Of a stretch of DNA of 36,882 bases, positions 1-12,000 are shown piece by piece; the stretch's first letter is position 1, and each line of letters opens with the position of its first letter. A model generated the notes under the pieces. The model ran no database searches. It was not told the origin of the DNA and worked only from the letters and a program-made list of their open reading frames with translations. The stretch covers positions 1-36,882 of the forward strand of contig MU271635.1 of the NCBI GenBank assembly GCA_021432655.1, in the 5' to 3' direction. A program made the translations under genes and the position numbers. Source of the DNA: Atractiella rhizophila. Lineage: Eukaryota.

Positions 1-2821
1 AGAGGAGGCGTCATTTGGAGAGGATCAGGCGATTCTGTCTGTCTTCCCACCATCATTAGTCCAGTCCAAGGGTCTCTCTGAGGAACAAGACGTAGTGGGG
101 GTGTTACTGGCCGCTCTGGAGCTGCCTGTGGCCTGTCTGGTGCTTCTTCCCTCTCTTGCTCCGCTTCCTGGTCTTCTCCTTCATCTCTTAATCCTTCAAA
201 ACGATTTGGGGACTCCACCCTGAGTCTTTCACGTTCTCCCTTATCCTCCAAAGCATCCTCCTCCGCTTCATCTTCACCAAAATCCAAAAGGACGGCAGGA
301 GCATCTCTCTTTCCTTCTCCCACCTGATCCTGACGTTCTTTCCACTCGTCCAGTGGTCCCTGAGGCGGTTCCAACACGTTTTCCTTCCTCCTGACTTTGC
401 AGAGCATCTCCCTCTCATCAAATTTCGCAATATCTCGAGTGTAGACCTTCTTAGACACTGGATCCCAGAAATCCCAGCCTTTAGCGCTGGTAGAGTAACC
501 TATAAAGGCACATCTGCGTGTATGGGATGCCAGACTGTGCCTTCTTTCGTCCTTCTGAACTTGGACATAGGCAGTAGAGCCTAGGACTCTGAAACGCAAA
601 ATATTGACCAGTTGCCCTGTCAATTTTGTGTGGGGAATGGAGTGATTGATGGAGGAAGAGGGGGATCTGTTCCTGATGTGAACGACAGCCGAAGCAAGAT
701 GAGGCCAGAGGAATAGTGGCAAACCAGATTCCTCCAGTATCGCCACCATCCCCTCCTGAATCGTCCTATTCGCTCTCTCTGCTCTCCCATTTTGATGAGG
801 GGAGTTCCTAATCGTTTGCTCGCGCTGGATGCCACAATTTTGAAGGTATTCATCGAAATCTGTTGAGGAGTAGGCGCCTTCTTTGTCTTCCCTGAATCTC
901 TTGATCTTCCTTCCAGTCAACGTCTCCATCATAGCTTTGTACTCCTTAAAGCGTTGAGGTGCTTCTGACTTCTTCCTGAGGAAAGCAATCGTCCAGTGGT
1001 TTGTTGCCTCGTCTATGAACGTTACCCAATAGCGAAATCCTTCTCTTGAAGCAACAGGGAGTGGTCCATGAAGATCTGAGCTGATCCTTCCTAAAATTTC
1101 CGTCTCCCTATTCTCTGCAGCCTTGTTGTAGATCCTATGTTGCTTCCCAGCTATGCAGGGCTCACAAATAGGGTCAGGAGCGTCTTCTGAGTCCAGGGTC
1201 ATCCCCTTCACAAGTCCTCTCTTCAGCATTCGCTTTATATCTTCAAGATTCAAGTGGGCAAGTCTTCTATGCCACAGGGAAGCGTTCAGGGGGGTGGTGG
1301 AGACATATGCAACGAATTCTGAGGTAATGAGTGTTCTTCCATCGATGATGGCACTCATGCTTCTGTAAGGATCTAAGGCTAGGAGTAGTTGGTGGTCAAT
1401 AATGAGGCATTGATGAAGTATAGAGAGACATACCTAGGAGTAGTTGGTGGTCAATAATGAGCACCAACACTCCTAGGCAAAACTAAACTACATAGTGATG
1501 ACTCATATGAGTCATAAGAGGCAGATGACCAAAACAACACACTACAACTAACAGCTTCCTCTCCTGTGGTCGACTGTAGCTGTAAAACAGAGATTTCCGT
1601 CCTTGAGGAAGCGTACTTTGTTCCCAGTGATAGTGACAGTCATGTTCTTGAATATAGTGAGCTTGAAAACGGATAGGAGATTGCTGCAGAGCTTGGGGAC
1701 ATGAAGGACATTGTGAATGGTGACCTGCTTCGACTTTTTACCCTCCAATTTCGCTTCAATCACCACATCTCCAATCCCAGCAGACCAGACCACCTCTCCA
1801 TTCGCAACTCTGATGGGGACAACATGTTTTCAATAGGATTTGAAGAAGTGGGGGTGTGGAGTCATCGATGAAGTTGCTCCTGTATCGATTAGCCAGTCAG
1901 TCCCAGCTCTCTGGCGACTAATGGCATCGTCTACCGCTGCATAGCTTGTCTCCCCAGCAAATTCTCCCCCTTCTCCTTCGACTCTGGCTTCCCTAACATC
2001 TTCCAACTTCCCAAACTTCGCTTTATAACGTTCCAACTCGCCTTTGAGGCCTTCTGAGGATGTTCCAGGGCATTTTGAAGCGATATGACCCTTCTTGTGG
2101 CAGTTGAAGCACTCCACAGGTGGCCAATCCCTTCTCCCAGATCCCCCACCATTCCTTGCACCTGTCCCACGTCCTACAGGACGTCCCCTGTTGCTGCTGG
2201 ACGCCTGATTCACCATTTGGGTGTTTGAGATGGCTTCCTCTGAGTTCCTGGTGGCCTGAATCGAGAAGAAAGCTTGTTTAATCGATTTGAGATCAGTTGA
2301 GGTCATCAGGGTGATGTTTTGAACAAAACTGGCATATTCTGGGCCCAGAGAGCGAATGAGAGCAAAGGATTGAAGGTCCTCCTTCAAATTATCGAGGGAA
2401 TAGTCCTTGGACAGGGTATTGGTGAAGTCCAGAAGGAGCTGGTCGCTTCTGGCACAGAGGGTGACCAGGGATTCATCTTCTTTCTTCTGGAGAGCAAGCA
2501 GGGTCCTTAGGGAAAACATGTGGAAGACCTCTTCTGCTGATGGATTTTTTGAAGGGTGGACCAGATCTTGACTGGATCTTGAATAACAGACACCACATGA
2601 GCCTTCTGGGTGGATTCCAGGCTGAGGAACAGCATTCCTGCCGTTTTAGAGCGCTCCTTTTCCCATTGCTTTCCCTCCTTCAAGTCAACAGGCTTCTTCT
2701 TCTCTCCACACACAATCTCCCATAGCCCCTTTCGCATTAATTCAGCTTGCATATCGATGCACCAGGTGCCATAGTTCTTCTCTCCAAGGGGGGTGATCAA
2801 AATTTTACTTTCTTCAGACAT
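1..2821 (-). pseudogene. copia gag-pol polyprotein (gag, protease, integrase), disrupted
   Basis: ATG 2821 (MSEESK..LGEKNYGTW..MQAEL..KGLW); frameshift near 2510; TGA at 1830-1832; solo-LTR insertion at 1364-1553; further disruptions in the integrase. Confidence 0.9.
1364..1553 (-). mobile_element. solo LTR (190 bp) of a related copia subfamily, inserted in pol
   Basis: TGTAAG...CTAACA termini; TSD GCTTC at 1359-1363 and 1554-1558; removal restores the frame VDHRRGS|MSAIIDG...SLWHRRLAHLN; shares internal repeats with LTR 3028-3246. Confidence 0.93.
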
Positions 2822-3015
2822 GGCAATAAAATTCGAGTTTGGATCGTCTGATCTTCGTCGAAATGGGGGGATAGGGCCTTAGGAGGGTCTCGATTATGAT
2901 CCCAAAGTCTTGAATCGATTGGACAAAGGATGGCTGAGTGGTCAAAATTTTCAACCAAGTGGGTGGCAAAAGTGAAAATTGCAATTCCAACTGATCTGTC
3001 AATCCCTAGCCACTG

Positions 3016-3027
3016 CTCTCGCTACCA
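3016..3027 (-). promoter_or_regulatory. primer-binding site TGGTAGCGAGAG (probably initiator tRNA-Met)
   Basis: Starts with TGG immediately after the LTR's terminal CA on the - strand; TGGTAGCG is the typical tRNA-iMet PBS start. The tRNA assignment is inferred. Confidence 0.8.
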
Positions 3028-3246
3028 TGAGAGAAATAGACTGGATGGAGCTAGGGGACAGGAGTTGGTGGTCAAAGATGATAGGATTGATGAGGAAACA
3101 CATACCTAGGGGACAGGAGTTGGTGGTCAAAGATGATGACCACCAAGACTGCCCCCTAGGGAGAAAAAACTACGAAGTGAGTAAACACAGCAAAGGTGGC
3201 TGACCACACTAAGACAACACCATGAAATTTAACAGCTAATCCAACA
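3028..3246 (-). repeat. 5' LTR of the copia element (219 bp)
   Basis: TG...CA termini; adjacent PBS; near-identical inverted copy at 5339-5558. Confidence 0.93.
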
Positions 3247-4251
3247 GGTTGGGGTCGTGAGGGCGCTGTCTGATCACCTGGTGACTGCAACTACTTTCAT
3301 TTTGCCTGCAGCGTTAGGAGATCGAAACCCTTTGCCAGTGTGCCAGTCGCCGAATTTAGTGCCCGACGGGAAAGTGCGAATCGGCAACAAGGAATTAGAT
3401 GCGCCAACATACCAATACTTCTGGCCAGGTACTCGCAAGGCGTATTCTCACGCTGCGACGAACATCAATCTGGGTGAGTTGGAACTCGAATTGGTTATCA
3501 CCAAATCCGTGCATTCTTCCCACATTAGCAAGCATCAGGATGCAGTGATGTAGCAATTGTACCGGAAAGATTCGCGCGGTGCCTGTCAAAGCGGCGAAAA
3601 AGAAGGCCAAGGCCGACAACGACTCCCAGGTGTGCGACTTCTCTGTGGAGCATGTTGCAACCGCGTTCGGTCGGGTCTGTTCACGCTGTCACAGTTCGCG
3701 AAAAGGTGGGAGGTTTTGCCTTTGGGATATTTGCGAGAGCTCTCAATGTTAGTCGTAATGTCGACTACATTCCATCCTAAACGTGTCGGCGACGGGAAAA
3801 AACGTCCGTTGGCTTTCGCTGAGAGCAACTACGAGAACATATCGGACACCAACGAGGACTCATCCGCGCATTCGATGCTGACCGCCGCTTGGTTGTACTC
3901 TGAAGCGTCCAGCATGGATTTCGCACAAACCATGCTCACAGCCGCCAGGTTGAATGGACAAGCGGCAGCAGACACTCTTAAGCCGCTGAGTTGCAAATGG
4001 AGTTGTATATGAGGAGGCAGGATGATAGTGCTGCGGAGGATGGGCTAGTGAGGGTTCTGTGGTGGAAGGTGTGATCACCGATGTGACCGGTAGGTAAGTT
4101 TATCCATTTTTCGGCGACATGTCTGACTATGCAGCTTTGTTTAGGTATCGTAGGGCATCTAACCCGTCACCAGTTGCAAAAAAGGTGTTGTATCGGCGAA
4201 ATTCGAGTTCCGACTTGGCGACTTAGAACCTTTGTTGGCCCCAGAGGCCTA

Positions 4252-4473
4252 TGACAATTCTAATTAGGATGCGTATTCTGTTTCCTTTTCGAGTAGTAGT
4301 GATAGCGAGGAATCTGTCCAGAGTGGTGATTTTGAGCTTTGAAATGTATCTGGTTTGCGTCTTGGTATCAGCGGTGAATTGCCGGGTGGCGACAAGTGTA
4401 AATTGTATCATGGTGGCATCAGGGATTGTGGTGAGTGGGGAACTTTGGCAAAGTGGGTGAAGTAAGACTCACA
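4252..4473 (-). repeat. candidate 3' LTR of the gypsy element
   Basis: On the - strand a purine tract AGACAGGGGAG is followed directly by TGTGAG at 4473. The end at ...TGTCA (4252) is a guess; no second copy in the window. Confidence 0.35.
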
Positions 4474-5259
4474 CTCCCCTGTCTAGGGGAGGACCCTCAG
4501 GCGTTCCTCCCACTAGCTACCCAAGCTTATTTTGGAGCTCGCAACCAAATAGGCCTGGGCCACACACTTGTGGACACAACGCGCAGTATAACGGGTCAGC
4601 AGTTTGTGTGCTCGTCGCCGGTCTATCGTCTTTGTGGGGTAATGTGTTGTAGAGTGAACAAGGACGTATGAACCAAAAAAGCAAAAGCAAAATAGCATAG
4701 AATAAACATCAAAACTGAGTGTAAGGTGAGGGGGGAGTCGTTGTGCACCTCACAATTGAGGGATTTTGGAAATTTGACCGGTGTTGTTTTGGCGCAATAA
4801 GCAACCGTCTTTCGAAAATGGGGTGGGTAACTCACCAACAAACTGGTCGCCGATCTGTCCGTTAAGGAACAGACCGGCACCTCGCCTAGACCTATGTTCA
4901 ACAATGTGACTAGGGATTCACCCAGCGAGGTGTGTAGAGGAGTAGGACCTCTTAAAGTGATGGGGAGGAGACCTCGCGATTGAGGGCAATTTTTGTAAAT
5001 GTGACATTGGTGGATGGTGTGAGAATGCAATGAGCATTCGTCTTTGACAGGCAACGAATGGACTCACCAACAACCAAGTCGCCAACCTGCCCGAAGTACC
5101 AAAGACTAGGATGCCACCTGGCAAGGCATATAGGGGTGTTGGACCCCTTAAAGTGAGGAAGGCCGTCCAGAACGTTTTCGTCGAAGGTTATGAGAACGTG
5201 CATTGGGGCAATTTTTACAGAGTTTGGTATGGAATCGGGACGAACCGCAAGACGGTGTG

Positions 5260-6528
5260 CATTGTGATAGTCATTTACAGCATCTCACGAATTTTCTAGG
5301 TCTGCGATGCTGATCCACTTGTCCTCAGATGGTGAATATGTTGGATTAGCTATTAAATTTCATGGTGTTGCCTTTGTGTGGTCAGCCACCCTAGCTGTGT
5401 TTACTTACTTCGTAGTTTTTCTCCCTAGGGGGCAGTCTTGGTGGTCATCATCTTTGACCACCAACTCCTGTCCCCTAGGTATGTGTTTCCTTATCAATCC
5501 TATCATCTTTGACCACCAACTCCTGTCCCCTAGCTCCATCCAGTGTCTATTCCTCTCAGAATACCCTTTGTATTGAACGCGATATTTGAAAACTCTATTT
5601 CGGGTACCGAACCATTTTCCATCAATGATTTTTTCCTCCTCCCATTCTTCAATTCCATTCACCAATTCCGGAGGTAGTTTGGGCAACTGGACTCTGCCAG
5701 GGATGTCGTCTTCGTTGACTTTTCGTATTAGGCCCACATGGAACACTGGATGTATCTTCCATGAGGATGGCAACTCGAGTTTAAGGTTGAGGGGACCCAA
5801 AACTTGCAAAACGCGAAAAGGGCCATGCCATTTCTTGTCCAACTTTTTTGACAGGTCTCATCGATTTGATGTTTTTTGCGCTCAACCAGACGAAATCACC
5901 GACATGATATTCGGGCGCTGGTGCACGTTTTCTATCATAATGCTTTGCCATGAGCTGCTTGCTCGAGTGCCGCTTGTGCTTCCCAGTCGGCGATTTACAT
6001 CTTTTCGACAAATTGCGCCGCTGTGGGGATGTCCTCGTCCGAGATGGTTTCAAAAGCCATGTGGGAATGTTGACCGCAATCGAGTGAAAATGGAGTTACG
6101 CCCGTCGCCGAACTGACACAATTGTTGAGCGCAAATTCTGTGTTGGGAAGTCCTTCTACCCAATTATCCTGAAGGTGGTTGCAGAAAATGTGCAAATATT
6201 GTTCAACCTCTTGGTTCATATGTTCAGTCTGACCATCACTTTGTGGATGATAGGCTGTTGATGGTGAACCTTTGATACCTAATAGGCGAAAAAGCACAGA
6301 TGTGAATTTGAACACAAACTCTTTGCCTCAATCGAAAATTGCGACATCGAAAAGTCCATGTAACTTCCAAACGTGATCGCGAAAAAGTCTTGCAAGGCAT
6401 TCTGCATCCATTGTCAAATGGGTGGGGATGAGATGGGTGCGTTTTGAGAGTCTGTCAACTATGACGAAAATCGTGTCAAACCCCCCTGATTCTGGGAGTG
6501 GTCTAACCAAGTCCATGCTGACAATTTG
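5260..6528 (-). pseudogene. Ty3/gypsy (chromovirus) integrase with GPF motif and chromodomain, truncated and decayed
   Basis: IVSMDLV..LP.S.GFDTIFVIVDRLSK, STAYHPQSDGQTE, GPFRVL, IHPVFHV, chromodomain EWEEEKII..YRVQYKGYS|PSEDKW; stops and frameshifts; upstream pol replaced by other repeats at 6529. Confidence 0.93.
5339..5558 (+). mobile_element. solo LTR (220 bp) of the same copia family, inserted in the gypsy chromodomain
   Basis: TGTTGG...TCTCA; TSD GAATA at 5334-5338 and 5559-5563; reverse complement closely matches 3028-3246. Confidence 0.95.
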
Positions 6529-6859
6529 TGTAATGGTTAGGCCACATACATTATAGGAGATACTGGAACCTTCTGGAGCCTCTTAGAACAGCCTAGAACA
6601 TTACTCTGGAATATGGTAGAACAGTCTAGAATATCCTCTGAATAACCTTAACTGCCATTGCTTAGAGTGTCTGGAATATTCTGGAACAATTCCATAACCA
6701 CATAAAAGGAGCTCAAACGAGTAAGGAATCCAGACATTCCAATGACTCTACTCCTTCAGTACATTCCAGAGACTAGATCAATATATCTTATTTCCGAGTA
6801 TTCCCTTTATTGCTTTCTTGATCCAACTATCTTAGGTGTTTCAATAAACATATGTTACA
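6529..6859. repeat. LTR-like fragment of a third family
   Basis: Begins TGTAA exactly where the gypsy integrase is cut; repeated CTGGAA/CTAGAA motifs like those in the LTR at 8822-9006; possible ends TTACA (6859) or CTAACA (7029); no TSD found. Confidence 0.5.
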
Positions 6860-7265
6860 GTTTATGGCAGTGCCTTTACATATGTATATATACATTGAGA
6901 TGTAGTGGTGGTGACCTTAGAGTATTCTCTTAGGTTTACCTCCACTACAGGTTAGTCTTCTCATGCCGTACTACTCTCTTAGGTTTACCTCCGCTACAGA
7001 CGCATCGCCCGTTGGCGTTTGCCCTAACAATTATATCTTATATCTGATTATTCTGTTTGTTGCTTGCCTAATCTAGTTATTCTACATGTTTTTATGAGAT
7101 ATACTTTACAGTTCATGGTGGTGCCCTTACATATGTATAAATAAATTGAGATGCAGTGGTGACAATGACCTTAGAGTACTCTCTTAGGTTTATCTTGACT
7201 ACGGGTTAGTTTTCTCATGCCATACTATGCTCTTAGGTTTATTTCCACTACAGACACATCATCCT
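6855..7265. repeat. diverged ~165-bp direct repeat (about 6855-7020 and 7106-7265); third partial copy about 8055-8140
   Basis: Shared ttacagtt.atgg..gtgcc.ttacatatgtata...gaccttagagta.tctcttaggttta...ggttagt.ttctcatgcc.tacta..ctcttaggttta blocks. Confidence 0.75.
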
Positions 7266-7353
7266 TTGACCACCGTAAGCTTGGTGATTAAAGCAACAAG
7301 GGGTAAATTTGATCTTTACAAGAGTGATTGAGTCTAACAAGAAACTGTGAAGT

Positions 7354-7730
7354 ATGGACTTCAAACCCAGCAACTCAGAGGTAACAATCTATACTAAGAG
7401 AGATGAAAAGACCGGGAGATATATACTGGTAGTGGTATACATTGACAACTTTCTCGCTCTTGCCAAGAACGATAATGGGCCCATTGTTGTTAAGCAAGAA
7501 CTTGAAAAACATTACAAGGTCAAGGACAGAGTGAGACCTCACTAGTTCCTCAGTATCCACATAACCTAGTCTGATAATGGGATCCTCAGTCATCAGGAAG
7601 CAGTTATGAGGCTGCTGGAGAAGTCCAGGATGAAGAGCTGCATGCTGGTTTTAAAGGGAGTCTCAAGAGTGAAGATGGATAATGCAATGGAGGAAATTAG
7701 GATGAATGGAACATAGAATGTGAGGGGAGT
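7354..7730 (+). pseudogene. degenerate copia reverse-transcriptase fragment followed by a PPT-like tract
   Basis: FKPSNSEVTIY...ILVVVYIDNFL...VKQELEKHYKVKD resembles the copia RT YVDD region; TGAGGGGAG at about 7721-7729. Confidence 0.7.
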
Positions 7731-9006
7731 TTTATCAGGTGACTGCAACACTTACACCTTCTACGTTCTGGAAGCATTCATGCCTCCTATTATCTTTGCT
7801 TTGGTGTGCTCAAGTTTTCTTTTCACTTCTAATTATGCTTTCTCATTATTCAGCACACTCCTGAGATAACAGCGAATTGCCCTACAAGTGTGAGACCACA
7901 TTCTTATTTGGTTTAGTCTCATACCTTGCAGGTGATGTATTTCACTTTACATAGTTAGAATACATTCTCATTTGGTTTGGTCTCGTGCCTTATATCCTTG
8001 CCAGTTGTGCATTCATAAACTTATCAGTATATAGATTGGAGACAAGTGGAGGTGGCATTATAGTAGTCTCTTGGGTTTTTCTCTGCTATACGTTAGTCTT
8101 TCCATATCATATTATGTACTTAAGTTTACCTATACTACAGCCAAATCACCAATTGACGACCGTACATAACATCTGCCTTAACACCTTCAGCCCAACCTTA
8201 CCTACATGGTTGAGAGGAGCATCTAAAGCAAAGACTATTGTCTGTACTATTCTTTCTTCCCTTATATGAACCATGCAACTTGTATGTTTAGTTACCATAC
8301 ACCTATATAAATACCTAGCTTTAGACCCATTTCTATCACCAGCAAAGCAAAGCAAACTTTACAAAAGTACACTGATTTAATAAGTTGTCTCCATTCAGTT
8401 TGCCACCCAAACAGAAAGAGGCATCAGGGCTGGCATTGGACATATGTATACTCAAACAGGGTTTGTAATTTAGTGGTGAATGACCGTTTCTCCTTTTACA
8501 TTATAAGTACAGGCAAAGTAATCCTGGTAAAGTAAAGGTAAATGTCCAGTTTACTTGGTGTAGTACTTGATAAGGGGTAGCTTCTCCAATTTGTAGAAAA
8601 AGTACTGAAATCGAATTATTATTTATACTCTCTGTTTAAATAAGTCATTTGAAGCGTGAAGAGGATTTGTTGTAGTTAAAGAGATATAAGTTTTACTCTG
8701 CCACAGTTTTGTTGCAATACTTTCTTAGCTTCTCTTCCAATCCAGGAGCAGAGAGATGCTCCCCAACCTGTATCATCTTCATGGATAAACTTCACAAACA
8801 ATGTAGTTGTTCATGTTCTTCTGTCAGGGTTTGCTTATGGAGCATGATTCATATTCTGGAATACGTGGCAAATGGTCTAGAAGATTCTATTAGACATGTG
8901 TCAAATAGAGTTAATGATGGAATATACTGGAACATTCTGGAACTTGTGTCTGTCTATATATAAATACCCCTGCCAATAGAGTGAGATATCCAGATTGGTT
9001 CTCTTA

Positions 9007-12000
9007 TGGTGCGAAGCGCCTAGTCCCAACCAAAGTGTCCAATTCTGAAACTCAAAATGCAATACTAACCTTATGGACTATCCCTCTTGTAAATATGTTG
9101 CTTTAAGGGTCTAGATGGAAACTACAAAACAGATTTTCAATTGCAGTTCTTCCCGCTGAGAAGTTCTTTTTTTCTGCTCAGAAATTGGAACAGAAATCAG
9201 GTGACTACAGGTACCGTCATTGTACATGCCATTGTACGCCGGAACCGACGGCTCCAAGGCAAGAACCTTAACTTTATATGAAACATTTGCCCCACCATGC
9301 GGCGTTATATCTGTCTGTCCGTCCATCCCAGTCTTTCCCAGCTTTTCTCTCCCACATCTCTCCTGTTGCTTCTTTGCCACTTTGCCTTTGTAACCCCCTT
9401 CACTCTCTTACAGCTCTCCACCACCTACCACTATTCAGCATCAACATGACCAATGACTCTGGTGGGAGACCCACCAGAGGGCAGGCTCAACGGAAGCAGC
9501 AAGCCCTTCGTGCACGACAAGCCAACCTCACAAAGAAGAAAAATGATGTGGCGACTTCACTTTCTCAGGCTGACTTGCCGATTTCATCCTCCAACAGTCC
9601 AATTGACCCGGTTCTTCTCTCATGGTACGGCATGGAACGTGAAGGAGATGAAGAGGTGGATGCTGATGAGGAGCGGGAATCAGTGATTGGTGATGATGAA
9701 GCTGAAGAGAAAGAGGAGTATTCAGAGGAGGAGGATATGGGGGAGTGGATGCTTGAGGATGAGGTGGTGCCACTGACCAGAGAGCGTCGAGAGGAGCTTC
9801 TCATTGTTCTGGATGAGCTTCCAGGATCTGTTTATGATGAGTTGATGAAGGAAGAGGATAAAGAACAGTGGGAGGTTGGAGAGGGTTGGTTGAGAGAGCG
9901 AGGACAGCCGGCATTGGATACTCAAAGTTGGAGCACAAGCAAGGGAGGACGACAAAATGGAGGCATGAGGAGGAGCGAAAAAAGAGGGCACAGTATGTCT
10001 GTTTGTCATTGCTTCAGACTCTGATGCTTCTTCACAGAAATTGTATGAAGCTAGATGACTTCGGCTTTACAATACAGTCTTTTGCTCCATCACCGCCATC
10101 CCCTACTCCTTCTCCCTCACTTCCAAACTCTCTCAATGACAACTTTGCAGACCTTTCTGATGAAGACAACGAGTACGAAATTGATTGTCAACACCTCCCT
10201 GTGTCTTCATCACCTAATTCCCCATCTGCTTGCACTCATCTGCATTCCGCCTTGGCTCCTCTCTCCTGTTCCACCTTGACTCAAAGCACGATAACAGATG
10301 GAAAGCACTCGAGGACAAAAGATGATGAAGACCGGATATCTCCTTGCTACAGAGGTCGCCGTTTTAATAAGCGCACAAAGGAAGAGAGTGTGAAATGGAA
10401 GGAGCAAGAGATGGAGCGGTACAGGAAGCAAGCAGCAGCAATCGAGAAGTGTCTAGGGAAGGGAAAGTTTGATACAGAGCTGCAGGCGAGGAGAGTGAGG
10501 GCATTGGGATCATTTTATAATCTGTTGAAGAGTGGGCAGAGAGGGCGTGTTGAGGCATCAAAGTACGCAGCAAGTGCAACTCGTTTCGGTGAGGTGTATG
10601 GAGCAAGATGTATTCGGATGTGGGCAAGACATTATGAGGAGACAGGAGAGCTTCCGGTCTCGAACAGAGGTCTGTCTTTAACTTTGACCTTCATTCCTTT
10701 ACTGAATGTGACTCCAGGACGGCACGTAAAGACCTACAGCCTGCTGAATGATGAAAAGCTTTGTGCCGATATGCGTGCATGGCTCCACGAGCAGAAATGG
10801 AACATGGACCCAACCAAGATCCGCAACTATACTCTCTCCACACTTATCCCACAGGAGAACCATAAATATGTTCAGATGGAGCTGGAACAACAGATGCCGA
10901 AAGGACTAAAGCATTACCTTGAAATCTCCGTTTTCCCTCATATTCAATACAAGCCAGGGAAGCGAGGAATTGCTTTGAGCACTGCTTGCCGATGGTTGAA
11001 AAGGGAAGGTTTTAAGTGGACCAATTATAAAAAAGGTCTTTATATTGAGTTAGTGGCTTTATGTCTGTGTTGTCAAAAGAGAACCTGACATTTTTTGCAG
11101 TGGGCATGAACGACCAGATGTTGTTCATTACCGTCAGAGCATCTTCATTCCGACATGGGAAAGCTTCCTCCCTCACATGCGTCAATACGACATTGATGAT
11201 ATTGAGAAAGAGATCATTAAAGACCTCCCTTCTGGTGTTACCAAGGTTGTTGCTGTTTTCCATGATGAGTCCACCTTCACCGCCAATGATGGTCAGCACC
11301 ATTCATGGTGCTTGGATGGTCAGTCAAAGCTTCGGAAGAAAGGTGCAGGAAGGGGGATTCATCGGTCTGATTTTATCTGTTCAACTTATGGCTGGCTAGA
11401 AGATGCAGGAGAGCAGTTGGAATATGGAACGGCCCATGAAGGCTATTGGGATGCTGAGAAGCTTATTGAACAGGTATTCTTCTCAGGTTCGTCCAGCCAT
11501 AAGCTTTGAAGGTGATTTTTTTGCAGGTGGAGAAAAAGTTTATACCAGTTTTCGAGAGACTGCATCCTGGGCAGACAGCTCTTGTTGTTTTTGATGATTC
11601 CACAGGGCACGGCGCAATGGCAAGTGATGCACTCAATGCAAAGAACATGAACTTGGGGCCAGGTCAGTTGGTTCTCTTCTTGGCAAGTCAATGTTGATGG
11701 AATCTTTTGACAGGTGGGAAGCCGGTGATGCGTGATGGGTGGTGGTCTAAGGATGGTATAAAGGTACCCCAACCAATGATGGATGTACAAGGAGTCCCAA
11801 AAGGGATGAGAGCTGTATTGCAGGAGCGAGGTCTCTGGAGGCCAGGCCTACGGGCAAAATGCAACCGCGTTGTGGATCACACTGATGACAACATGTGCTG
11901 TGCAGGTAAGTTTTGTTTATCACAGGTTGAAGAAGAAATCTGAAGCTGCCACAGAGAGATTGTTGGGTTCTCAACCTGATTTTCTTGAACAGAAACCTCA

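Larger units (their letters stand above)
1..3246 (-). mobile_element. Ty1/copia LTR retrotransposon, 5' part (continues beyond window start), decayed
   Basis: Order on - strand: LTR (3246-3028), PBS, gag, zinc knuckle CFNCHKKGHIASKC, protease WLIDTGATSSMT, GAG-pre-integrase SLWHRRLAHLN, integrase core (ISSDLHGP, YWVTFIDEAT). Integrase directly after protease is the copia domain order. Confidence 0.95.

Noticed and set aside
2507..2519. Programmed ribosomal frameshift in copia gag
   Set aside because: It lies early in gag, not at a gag-pol junction, and the element has other disabling mutations; simple decay.
3051..3160. CRISPR-like repeat-spacer pattern
   Set aside because: Only two direct units, inside eukaryotic LTRs; no array and no cas genes.
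2979..3203. Duplicated small protein WMELGDRSWWSK.. (also the tail of ORF 5405-5842)
   Set aside because: Chance reading through two copies of the same LTR.
3257..4012. ~250-codon + strand frame with one stop and an internal MLTAA repeat
   Set aside because: No recognisable domain on either strand; probably TE-derived, but I cannot assign it.
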